From the UHGV virus genome UHGV-0145886: a stretch of DNA of 64,000 bases; one strand, written 5' to 3'. Shown piece after piece: positions 9,687-17,472 of the stretch. Position 1 is the stretch's first letter. Every line of letters starts with the position of its first letter. The position numbers were made by a program, and so were the translations under genes. The DNA is from a virus. The notes under the pieces are model-generated. The model was not told the DNA's origin. It was given only the letters and a program-made list of their open reading frames with translations, and searched no databases.

Positions 9687-10054
9687 CCTCCTGCGCCGGG
9701 GTTATCTTCAAATAGTGTGCCATTCATTGTTAATGGAACGACTCCTGTTTCGGGATAAATAACTTTATTACCATTATCCTTATCTACCATTTTAATACGG
9801 GTGTCCATATAAAGGGTCTGCCCCGGTTCAAACTTGAGGGTATCCTCTGCTGAAAATGGAACAAGATAAAGACCGTCTCTATCACCTAACGTAACTTCTG
9901 AAGAACCCGAGCTTGTGTATACCTTCTTTACAGTAGAGTCGGTGAGTACGTTTTCAGTAAGATAGGGTTTGAAAATAAACTCAATCTTCTCTATAGAGTA
10001 AGAAGTTTGATTGTTTATCCTTACTGACAGTGAGCAAGGATTTCTTCTCTTCAT
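9683..10054 (-). CDS. BppU-like/tail accessory protein
   Basis: First gene of the late fibre operon; VPFSAEDTLKF...MDTRIK. Confidence 0.55.
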   Translation of the reverse strand: MKRRNPCSLSVRINNQTSYSIEKIEFIFKPYLTENVLTDSTVKKVYTSSGSSEVTLGDRDGLYLVPFSAEDTLKFEPGQTLYMDTRIKMVDKDNGNKVIYPETGVVPLTMNGTLFEDNPGAGG

Positions 10055-10121
10055 ATAAAAACCTCCTTTAAAAAGAGTTCAAGCTCTCTATTTATAAGTG
10101 TCTTATGAGGGATTTGTCTAA

Positions 10122-10150
10122 AGAAAAAAGAGCCAGTTACGGCTCTTTTC
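10122..10150 (-). terminator. Rho-independent terminator
   Basis: GAAAAGAGCCG-TAAC-TGGCTCTTTTTTC. Confidence 0.75.
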
Positions 10151-10233
10151 ATATCTATTTTAAATTAAGATATTCAAACTAATGCGTGCGACCTTAGGTT
10201 TAATGATTTTATAGTTAATTCTCCAATCTTGGC

Positions 10234-10593
10234 TTAAACGTAGAACTCTTTCCAACACTGGTCGCAAGGACCTTCATTAAATACACATCCATCAATTCCT
10301 GTGCCGTAAATATATCTTCGATAAACCATTGGTATAGGACTCGAATATTTAGAGCTAAGCCGAAGCGTTGCGTTAGGAAATTTATCACGAAAATCGGACA
10401 TATAATTTGCATGGTCATCAGCCCATTTACTGACAATATCGACTACCTCTTCGGGATACATACGAAATAGCGTAGTACAAGAATCTTCTCCTTTTTCTTC
10501 TCCAAACTTCATAATAGGACATTCATTACAATAAGGAACCGCATGACACAATTTATCCTTAATTTTTAAAAACTGAATATTAGTCAATTCCAT
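10234..10593 (-). CDS. Cys-rich hypothetical phage protein
   Basis: C..CP, CDQCW motifs; promoter and RBS upstream. Confidence 0.7.
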   Translation of the reverse strand: MELTNIQFLKIKDKLCHAVPYCNECPIMKFGEEKGEDSCTTLFRMYPEEVVDIVSKWADDHANYMSDFRDKFPNATLRLSSKYSSPIPMVYRRYIYGTGIDGCVFNEGPCDQCWKEFYV

Positions 10594-10648
10594 ATTAAGT
10601 CTCCTTCTTTATTTTCTATATATATTATAGTTTAAAAGAAAAGAAAAA

Positions 10649-11404
10649 TCAATTTTCCTCTACCTTACCTGTTATGAGTTCAGCATAAGGAAGATTTTCA
10701 ATCCAGTCACAAAATAGGTGCCACTCATCAAGCTTATGATGACGACGAGACTTGTATATATTGGCAAGCACTTCGTAGTTTAGCATTACAGTGCGGCGCT
10801 GGTTGTAAGAGGTTGGAAGCAACTGAATAAGTTGCCACCAGTATTTTTTATCTTTGGTTTCAAGAAATATCTTACGGTAATAATTTAAAGTATTAACGGT
10901 GGTTTTAAGAAGCTCTTTCCCTGATAGTCTAAAGCCGGAATCTGATTCGTCAGGCGTGCAATTATCCTCATGAGAAACTTTAAGTCCTCTTCCATCTAAT
11001 AGGTGTTCATATGAAAAATCCTCCAGCGCAAACTCCTTCGCATGAATCTTGTGCATGGTAGAACATGAATTAGCAACCGTACCTACCTTGTAAGTATCAA
11101 ATTCCTTCCACCAGTACAGAGGAGCCGTAACATCCACATATACCGTAATCATTCTCATAAACTTACGATGGTCTGTGCCAGCATTGCGAAGACGCTTCAT
11201 GAGGTCGAAGTCGTTTGGGCCGACGTTGTACGTTTTTTCTCGGGTTGTGCAATGGAATGAACTGGAACATTCGTCGCAAAAATATTCTTTATCATTTCCG
11301 CACCCGTATCCACTGTCGCTCTTCTCCCAAGAGTTCATCGGATTCCTCATACCTCTAATTGCGGCTTCCCACCCAACGATCTCTTCATTTTCAATTTCTA
11401 TCAT
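10649..11404 (-). CDS. ThyX/Thy1-like flavin-dependent thymidylate synthase-related protein
   Basis: DHRKFMRMI.V.VD..APLYWWKEFDTYK.GT..NSCSTMHK; LLP.SYNQRRT; HKLDEW. Confidence 0.75.
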   Translation of the reverse strand: MIEIENEEIVGWEAAIRGMRNPMNSWEKSDSGYGCGNDKEYFCDECSSSFHCTTREKTYNVGPNDFDLMKRLRNAGTDHRKFMRMITVYVDVTAPLYWWKEFDTYKVGTVANSCSTMHKIHAKEFALEDFSYEHLLDGRGLKVSHEDNCTPDESDSGFRLSGKELLKTTVNTLNYYRKIFLETKDKKYWWQLIQLLPTSYNQRRTVMLNYEVLANIYKSRRHHKLDEWHLFCDWIENLPYAELITGKVEEN

Positions 11405-12264
11405 TTAATCCGACCTCTTCCCTTAAAGAAATTTAAAATCTTATTTATAATCATATAAACAACTTTCAATGTAACCGCAAATGAAGGCTCTTTAATAGGG
11501 TCATCTTCCTCGTCAAGTCGATTATCATAATCCTCAATGCCGCGAGCTTCGGTAAAACTCATCGTATAAGGAAGTATAAACTTTCCGTTGAAACCCCAAT
11601 CCTCGCCCCAAGAGTTCTGACAGATGAATCCCTCTTTTATCCAACCAATAACCATAATTGCGTGTCCGCCGCAATACTCAGGTTTCTCATCGTCCGTTCT
11701 TAAAATTCCCTCCTCGTCAACATAGAAACTATAACTCCAATTCAATGCGGCGAGTACAGGTCCATAATTATAAATCGCATATTTGATTTCTGCTGGTGAA
11801 TTACAACTAAAATATCGATTAATACGATAGTAATAAGCCTTTTCCTTTTTGGAAGAGGTATTGAGTGCTTCCTCTGCACTCTGATAGCAATCTGGAATCT
11901 CAATGTTGCCGGGACAATCATCATAAACCATATCGCCATATTTCAACGCAGTCGCGCAAGCATCACGCAGATACATACCTTCTCCCGTATGTCCATAAAG
12001 AAGCTTCTGAGTACCATAGATAAAGTTAGTTGAAAGAGTTTTGTCGTCACTCTCAACATCCCCAAGGTGGGACTCCAAAATACTTGACATTGCGTGGGCA
12101 ACACAAGAATTTACCGCGCCCTGATTCTTAACAGGCACATTGACGCCAAAAACAAACTCTTCAGGAAGTGCTGCTTCAAATACAACGCCCGCCTTCAACT
12201 TGTAATCTCGTATATCTTTTTCTTCGGGCAGACATCCACCCATGGGAAATTTCTTCTCTTCCAT
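11401..12264 (-). CDS. Papain-like C1 cysteine peptidase
   Basis: NQGAVNSCVAHA, GGHAIMVIGW, QNSWGEDWG. Confidence 0.9.
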   Translation of the reverse strand: MEEKKFPMGGCLPEEKDIRDYKLKAGVVFEAALPEEFVFGVNVPVKNQGAVNSCVAHAMSSILESHLGDVESDDKTLSTNFIYGTQKLLYGHTGEGMYLRDACATALKYGDMVYDDCPGNIEIPDCYQSAEEALNTSSKKEKAYYYRINRYFSCNSPAEIKYAIYNYGPVLAALNWSYSFYVDEEGILRTDDEKPEYCGGHAIMVIGWIKEGFICQNSWGEDWGFNGKFILPYTMSFTEARGIEDYDNRLDEEDDPIKEPSFAVTLKVVYMIINKILNFFKGRGRIK

Positions 12265-12302
12265 TATAACTCTCCTATTATTTCTTTATAAAAGAAGAGA
12301 CC

Positions 12303-12479
12303 TCAACTTTCATTGTCGGTCTCACTCCAGAACTCTAAAAAATTATCATATCCTTCTTCAGAGCATATAACAATAGAAGGTACATCTTCTATACCATCCA
12401 CAACGACAGGACATCCGCTTCTGAGTTTTGACATATCTTCCTTATCAAGACGGATAAAAAGTTTGTCATATTTCCCCAT
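12303..12479 (-). CDS. Small hypothetical protein (58 aa)
   Basis: Not in the track; AGGAGG RBS; MGKYDKLFIRLDKEDMSKLRSGCPVVVDG... Confidence 0.6.
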   Translation of the reverse strand: MGKYDKLFIRLDKEDMSKLRSGCPVVVDGIEDVPSIVICSEEGYDNFLEFWSETDNES

Positions 12480-12510
12480 TATCTGTACCTCCTATAATTA
12501 TTAATTTTGT

Positions 12511-12561
12511 TTTGGGATTAGTAAAAACAGTATCGCCACGTGAAGGCTCCCAACTGATACC
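12511..12561 (-). ncRNA. Minimal HDV-like self-cleaving ribozyme (theta type) at the tRNA 3' end
   Basis: P1 GGUAUC/GAUACU with G.U at the cleavage site, P2 UUGGGA/UCCCAA, P3 GCC/GGC, L3 UUCACGU, J4/2 CUAA; starts right after the tRNA CC. Confidence 0.85.
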
Positions 12562-12646
12562 GGCACCGGCTGTCAGATTCGAACTGACGTGGAGTTTCCT
12601 CGACGGAGTCAAAGTCCGTTGGTTTCAGCCACTCACCCAAGCCGGA
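12562..12646 (-). tRNA. tRNA-Gln(UUG) with long (type II) variable arm
   Basis: Anticodon arm ACGGA-CTTTGAC-TCCGT; V-arm GAG-GAAA-CTC; T-arm GTCAG-TTCGAAT-CTGAC; acceptor (T)CCGGCT/AGCCGG(T); G73 then CC. Confidence 0.85.
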
Positions 12647-12868
12647 GTATTGTGTAGGTTTTTGTCTCTTCCCCAGATTCAAAAGACTGGTCATTATCGT
12701 TTCCGCAATTCCTTGCGCGGCACAGACCTACAAACCCTTCCGTCTTATACGGTTTTCTCCTAACTACCGAAAAATATCTTGGAGACTTTGTTTTGCTTCG
12801 TTGCCCCAAGCCTCGAAGGTTCCACGAAACAAGGTTTTCGTTTAATCAGTCTCGCGACGACTAACTGT

Positions 12869-12944
12869 TGGAGCACTCTATGTGATTTGAACACATGACC
12901 TGCTGATTACAAGGCAGCGGCTCTGCCAGCTAAGCTAAGAGTGC
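12869..12944 (-). tRNA. tRNA-Thr(UGU)
   Basis: 76 nt; acceptor GCACTCT/AGAGTGC, loop CTTGTAA, T-loop TTCAAAT, encoded CCA. Confidence 0.9.
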
Positions 12945-12948
12945 ATTA

Positions 12949-13020
12949 TGGGAGCAGGGGTGGGAGTTGAACCCACAAAAACAAGCTTATGAGGCTTATC
13001 GGTCACCGTGACTCCCTGCC
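12949..13020 (-). tRNA. tRNA with CAU anticodon (Met/fMet/Ile2) and reduced D-arm
   Basis: 72 nt; acceptor GGCAGGG/CCCTGCT, anticodon arm TAAGC-CTCATAA-GCTTG, T-arm GTGGG/CCCAC, CCA. Confidence 0.8.
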
Positions 13021-13027
13021 ATACTTA

Positions 13028-13715
13028 AACCTTGAAAAAAGCATATCTTATGGACCTTCGTCCTACCCTGCATAGTACGCAAATATATTCAGTCAAAGAG
13101 AAGATAAATCTGAGCCAATAAACCGTCGTTCATTAACTTTTTACCCTAAGAATTACTTCTACATAGCTCTTATGGGATTGGTTACCCATACCTTTCAGCA
13201 TCAATTCAGAACTTTTTATTTAAACAATTTTTCATTAAAAAGTTTAAAACATATTAATCAATACGCCGTTTTGCCTACTCGGAGCTTCCTTACAAGTCTT
13301 ATAGGTCGATTTCTCAACCGTCACAGCAGAAAGGACTTATTGGGAAGAACTGTCAGCAGAGATTAACCTCTGGGAGTTTTCTGACGCAGCAACTGCGACT
13401 CACTCCGCCAGTTCAAATTCAAGGTCTATATTGTTTCCCACACAATACCTAACTTGATTCGGCACAGGTTTTCCGTAAATCCCCTTGTGTCTCTATTACG
13501 TCCCCGACTCATATACTACCTTTATCTACATACTACTGAGCGCCGCACCTCTCGTTTTGGCTATTAACCTCCATCATAATCGTCACCTTTTATGACACAG
13601 CCGTATCCACAAGTATCCTTGCTTCGTATAATATCAACTGACTTACCGGCACGCCTCAGTGTCCGTCTGAAAACGAACTATTCACTGAGTTATAAGATAT
13701 GCTTTTTTCAAGGTT
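13028..13715 (-). ncRNA. Large ornate ncRNA, probably ROOL family
   Basis: 688 nt with no credible ORF, inside a tRNA operon, ends joined by a perfect 24-bp helix (13028-13051/13692-13715); GGGUAACCAAUCCC, GCUCAGA..UAUCUUC..GACUGAAUA and GGACGAAGGUC elements that I recall from ROOL RNAs. Confidence 0.7.
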
Positions 13716-13860
13716 CAAAGAAAGGAAAGGGTTGTTTGCTTTGCGTCTTTATATAGCGTTTCCCACTAAGCCACATATCAGTATAGTTACTGCCGGTGGT
13801 AGTTTAACAACCAAAATCCATGATAACGCTTGGTGTATCCCGCGAGGAGCGGAGTGCAGC

Positions 13861-13936
13861 TGGTAGGAGTAGCGAGATTCGAACTCGCACTGAACAGATT
13901 TTGAATCTGCTGTCTCTGCCGTTGGACTATACTCCC
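13861..13936 (-). tRNA. tRNA-Leu(CAA) with short variable loop
   Basis: 76 nt; acceptor GGGAGTA/TACTCCT, anticodon arm GCAGA-TTCAAAA-TCTGT, 5-nt V loop, A73, CCA. Confidence 0.85.
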
Positions 13937-14102
13937 ATAAAAGTAGCTGCTATTTATGTCAGGATGGGCAGCCACTCCACCCGTGCTTAACGCACTTGCC
14001 GCAAGGTAAGCCTCATTCCGTATATCTTACCAAAGCGTCAGAGAAGAAAGTAATTATAAGTAATGCCCCTATTCCCAAAGTCGCGGTTATTTCTTACCTT
14101 TA

Positions 14103-14144
14103 CTTTCTATAAATATTATACAATTAATTTGGAGAAAGTTCAAA
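14103..14144 (-). promoter_or_regulatory. Sigma-A promoter driving the tRNA/ncRNA operon
   Basis: TTGAAC-17 nt-TATAAT then ATTTATAGAAAG; no ORF follows before the RNA genes. Confidence 0.75.
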
Positions 14145-14556
14145 TTTTCCTTAGGTGCTCTTCCGCAAAACCATCTTTTGTGGTATAGAAAATTTTTGTA
14201 ATTCCCAAATCTCGTATAAGTTGCAGACAACTCGGACAAGGTCGCGCGAGACCCAAAGTTCCGTCACAAAGCTCTCGATAAACGAAAACTTTAAGTCGAG
14301 CAAAATCAATTTCCTTTTTCCCTATCAGAGAGTTTAAAGCAGATACTTCTGCATGGACTTTCGCGGGAAAGCGCACATCAATATTACGATAGTAATTATA
14401 CCGCTGTTGAGTTGGATTTGTCTTATTGGAATTATATCCGCTTGACAATATTCGCTTACCATCAACTACAATACAACCTATCTTTGTGCGCGAGAAGTCT
14501 GATAGCTGACTTACACCGCGCGCGACTTCAAAAAATTTTTTATCTGATTTAGTCAT
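14140..14556 (-). CDS. dCMP/cytidine deaminase-family protein
   Basis: SGYN, VHAEVSAL, ARPCPSC zinc motifs. Confidence 0.85.
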   Translation of the reverse strand: MTKSDKKFFEVARGVSQLSDFSRTKIGCIVVDGKRILSSGYNSNKTNPTQQRYNYYRNIDVRFPAKVHAEVSALNSLIGKKEIDFARLKVFVYRELCDGTLGLARPCPSCLQLIRDLGITKIFYTTKDGFAEEHLRKI

Positions 14557-14612
14557 TTCTTTTTCTCTCACTTTCTATAAATATTATAGCAAAGTTTTAA
14601 GAAAAATACAAA

Positions 14613-15527
14613 TTATTTCCCTTTAAGAAGTTTATTTACTCTCTTCTGAACGGCATAATAGTTATAGCCGGCTTTGGTGAGGTTGTACATTCTCTTTGCA
14701 CCGTTGCCCCACTTTCCTGCGATTACTTCGCGCGCGACTTCATCAACAGATTTCTTTACGGGCTTCTTCTCTGGTTCATAAAGCAACTTCTCAACTTCTT
14801 TCTGGACTGCCGCGTAGTCATACCCAGCATCCTCAAGACGCTTCTTTCTCTCGGCTCCATTGCCCCACTTACCCTGAATTACCTCTTTGGCAATTTCGGT
14901 ATTGCTCTTCTTAGAAGAAGGCGTGGGTGCCGGTTTCGGAGAGGGCGCTGGTGCCGGTGCGGGAGAGCCTTTAAGTTTTAGACCATAATACTTAGCAACC
15001 GCAGTTGCAATGGCTTTCGCGCACTGTTCCTGCCCGCTTGCATAGATAACCTTATCGCGGTCTCCCTTAGTGTCAATGAACACATTTTCTACAAGGAAAG
15101 ACATACATTTAATTTCTCTTACGCATCCAAAGTAATCCTGTCCATTAACAAGCTTTGTCTTTGCGCCTCTATTTTTAAGACCAAGATTAGTAGAAATTGA
15201 TTTACTGATAGCTGCTGCAAGAGCCTTACCTTGCTTGCTGGTATGCCTGTAATAAACCTCGGGACCAGTGCCGCCACCTGCATTAAGGTGAAGCTCCATA
15301 TTAAGGTCATATCCCTTAGAGTTGACGTACTTGATACGTTCTGAAAGGTTCTTGTCTCCATCGTAGTTTATAAGGTCAACAGTGCAGTTGTACTTGCTAA
15401 GTTCCTGCTTTAGACATTTACCTATCGCGCGCGCAAGCTTAAATTCCTGATATCCAGCTGCCACGGCTCCACTGTCATATTTACCAGACTGAGATTTGCC
15501 GTGTCCAATACAAACTGATATTTTCAT
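14613..15527 (-). CDS. Endolysin: N-acetylmuramoyl-L-alanine amidase (Amidase_3) with two CW_7 (Cpl-7) repeats
   Basis: IGHG...DSGA...E, ELHLNA, LVENVFID; Pro-rich linker; two IAKEVI.GKWGNG..R...L..AGY.Y.AVQ repeats. Confidence 0.92.
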   Translation of the reverse strand: MKISVCIGHGKSQSGKYDSGAVAAGYQEFKLARAIGKCLKQELSKYNCTVDLINYDGDKNLSERIKYVNSKGYDLNMELHLNAGGGTGPEVYYRHTSKQGKALAAAISKSISTNLGLKNRGAKTKLVNGQDYFGCVREIKCMSFLVENVFIDTKGDRDKVIYASGQEQCAKAIATAVAKYYGLKLKGSPAPAPAPSPKPAPTPSSKKSNTEIAKEVIQGKWGNGAERKKRLEDAGYDYAAVQKEVEKLLYEPEKKPVKKSVDEVAREVIAGKWGNGAKRMYNLTKAGYNYYAVQKRVNKLLKGK

Positions 15528-15541
15528 ATTTATTCCTCCTT

Positions 15542-15880
15542 TTAGATAATTCCAACACTCTCATATTTGGAAAGAGGGTTCTCGTGGTCTATTAGCACTA
15601 ACTCCATTCTTGCATTAAGGAGCCTAACAAACTGACGAGTAGCCGAATCATTTTTAAAATAAACGGTTACATATTTATGTCCTTTTCCATAAAGAGTGGC
15701 GCCAAGTATATCTCGACAAAAACGAAGATAATTGGCATAAGAGAGTTCAAGAAGTCGAGAAGGTAAAACTCCATAGCTTCCAGAAGTACAAACATCGTAT
15801 TTATCCAAAAACTCTTCTGTAACTTGGATTGAAAGTGCCTTATCGTCATTTATTGCAGGTCTTAATTCAAAATAAGTCAT
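15542..15880 (-). CDS. Hypothetical protein
   Basis: ORF overlapping the upstream stop (ATGA). Confidence 0.65.
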   Translation of the reverse strand: MTYFELRPAINDDKALSIQVTEEFLDKYDVCTSGSYGVLPSRLLELSYANYLRFCRDILGATLYGKGHKYVTVYFKNDSATRQFVRLLNARMELVLIDHENPLSKYESVGII

Positions 15881-16167
15881 ATTTGCATTTCCCCCCAAAG
15901 AATTTGAAGTTCGGCTTCTTCTTCATCGTCTAATATGCATAAATCTCCAAGATTCTTATAAGCGCTGACTTCCTCTACAACAAATTCCGGCAAGTCTCCT
16001 TGATAGCGGATTATTGCTGCCTCATCAACTTTCTTATAGTTCTTATCGACATATTTTGAAACAGTAGATGCACTAAATCCTGTCTCACGCGCAACAGCGG
16101 CATAGGAACCCAGTTTTTGGTACAATTCATTCATCTGAATTATATCTTCTTTGCTTACCTTTCTCAT
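15877..16167 (-). CDS. HTH DNA-binding protein
   Basis: SYAAVARETGFSASTVSKYV. Confidence 0.75.
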   Translation of the reverse strand: MRKVSKEDIIQMNELYQKLGSYAAVARETGFSASTVSKYVDKNYKKVDEAAIIRYQGDLPEFVVEEVSAYKNLGDLCILDDEEEAELQILWGEMQI

Positions 16168-16300
16168 AGTTTCTTCTCCTTTTCTTTTCTATATATATTA
16201 TAATATATAAAAAAGAAAAAATCAATTTTTATTTACCCTTGCTTACTCTCCATCAAAAAGTAGATTTGTTACTTATAAAGTCAACAAGAGCGAGCCAAGA

Positions 16301-16498
16301 TTATTGCTCTATCTTTTGATATAGACCGCAATGGCAGAGTCCAGGTGTGGTCTGCGCGCGGAAATCTTGGCAAGGACATTTGGTCGTTTTATCTTTTATA
16401 ATTGCACAAGGACAGTACCCTCCTGTGGTTTTCAGAAGGGCTCGAATATACGCAACTTGTTCTTTATCATCATTCTCAATTATCTTCAACAGTATCAT
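16301..16498 (-). CDS. Ferredoxin:thioredoxin reductase catalytic-subunit-like protein
   Basis: GYCPC...KCPC...CHCGLY. Confidence 0.85.
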   Translation of the reverse strand: MILLKIIENDDKEQVAYIRALLKTTGGYCPCAIIKDKTTKCPCQDFRAQTTPGLCHCGLYQKIEQ

Positions 16499-17018
16499 AC
16501 CTCTTTGCATATTGATTAAGACTTGCCAAGTTAAGACCTAAAATAGAGTCATAATGAGAAACGTCATCTGGGCGATAACGTCCAAACTTTATAACCATAT
16601 TGGGGGTTTCGGTTAGATTCTGAAAGAGATACTGCTGAGTTATAGAAAGACCTTCCTTTTCTCCTGTTAGCTCCGCTTCAGTATAACCTGTATAAATAAC
16701 AACATCGTCAAGACAATCATAATCATCGCGAAGAAGACTGACCAGTGCGCAGACCTGTTCCATTGAAGTGATAGAATAGAAAGGTTCCAATCCACCAATT
16801 ACAATTGCGTGGGTCAGAGGATTATCAATATAACGCTTAATGATTTCTTTATCGTCATAACTTAGAATTGGAGCTTTTGCGAGAGAGCTGTTTTGGCAAA
16901 CAGCCCTCCCACATTCCTTCTCGCATTTGAAGTCACAGTTTGGAAAGATTAGAAACATTGAAGTTTTTCGATAGTTGACGACATCTTCATCTACCAGTCC
17001 TTTAAGTTTAATCTCCAT
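16476..17018 (-). CDS. nrdG: Anaerobic RNR activase (radical SAM)
   Basis: CDFKCEKEC/CQNS cysteine cluster, GGLEPF, IYTGY, KFGRY, LASLNQY; adjacent to nrdD. Confidence 0.85.
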   Translation of the reverse strand: MEIKLKGLVDEDVVNYRKTSMFLIFPNCDFKCEKECGRAVCQNSSLAKAPILSYDDKEIIKRYIDNPLTHAIVIGGLEPFYSITSMEQVCALVSLLRDDYDCLDDVVIYTGYTEAELTGEKEGLSITQQYLFQNLTETPNMVIKFGRYRPDDVSHYDSILGLNLASLNQYAKRYDTVEDN

Positions 17019-17472
17019 TTTCCGCACCCTCTTTCAAATGTAGCTCAAGAAGTGCAGCTTGGCAAATTTTTATTATACTTATAAGACGAGGAAGCACAAG
17101 ATTAACAAAAAGCTCTTCCTGTTCAGTGGATAAAGGAGTAGGATATTGCTTCTCATCGTCAATAATATTTGCCATTTCAGTAATCTCATCAAGGGCTTTA
17201 TCTAATGTGTCAGCAAGTCCTTCTATTTCAGATTGAAACATTGTTGCTTCGATGCCCTTTCGTGTATCCGTCCAGTCCTCACCAAGAGAACCATCAATAT
17301 AACCTTGAATGCGCGCATTCCTTATCGCTTCTTGTACGTTACCAAAAACTTCGGGATAAAGACTCCCAATTAAGAACTCAAAAGATACTGCGGGATCTTC
17401 TATATCAGAAATCTTCTCGACTTGAGCAATTAGTTTTTTGATTTTTGATAATTTTGTTCCTGCAAGACTCAC
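17008..17472 (-). CDS. Hypothetical protein
   Basis: Coupled to the nrdD stop (GTGA) and overlapping nrdG. Confidence 0.6.
   Translation of the reverse strand: MSLAGTKLSKIKKLIAQVEKISDIEDPAVSFEFLIGSLYPEVFGNVQEAIRNARIQGYIDGSLGEDWTDTRKGIEATMFQSEIEGLADTLDKALDEITEMANIIDDEKQYPTPLSTEQEELFVNLVLPRLISIIKICQAALLELHLKEGAENGD

Noticed and set aside
12561..12563. tRNA-Gln as a pseudogene because it ends CCG rather than CCA
   Set aside because: The G is position 1 of the adjoining HDV-like ribozyme, and the tRNA arms are intact.
12653..12732. Hammerhead ribozyme in the spacer (stem-CUG...stem-GAAA)
   Set aside because: The core lacks CUGANGA and a proper stem III/UH site; kept only as a pseudoknot candidate.
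13028..13715. MITE or IS remnant suggested by the 24-bp inverted repeat
   Set aside because: No target-site duplication or transposase remnant; the structured interior and tRNA context fit a large ncRNA better.
13785..13860. Second HDV-like ribozyme after tRNA-Leu (contains UCCUCGC, like the HDV L3 loop)
   Set aside because: I could not build P1, P2 and J4/2 in the required order; only simple hairpins are supported.
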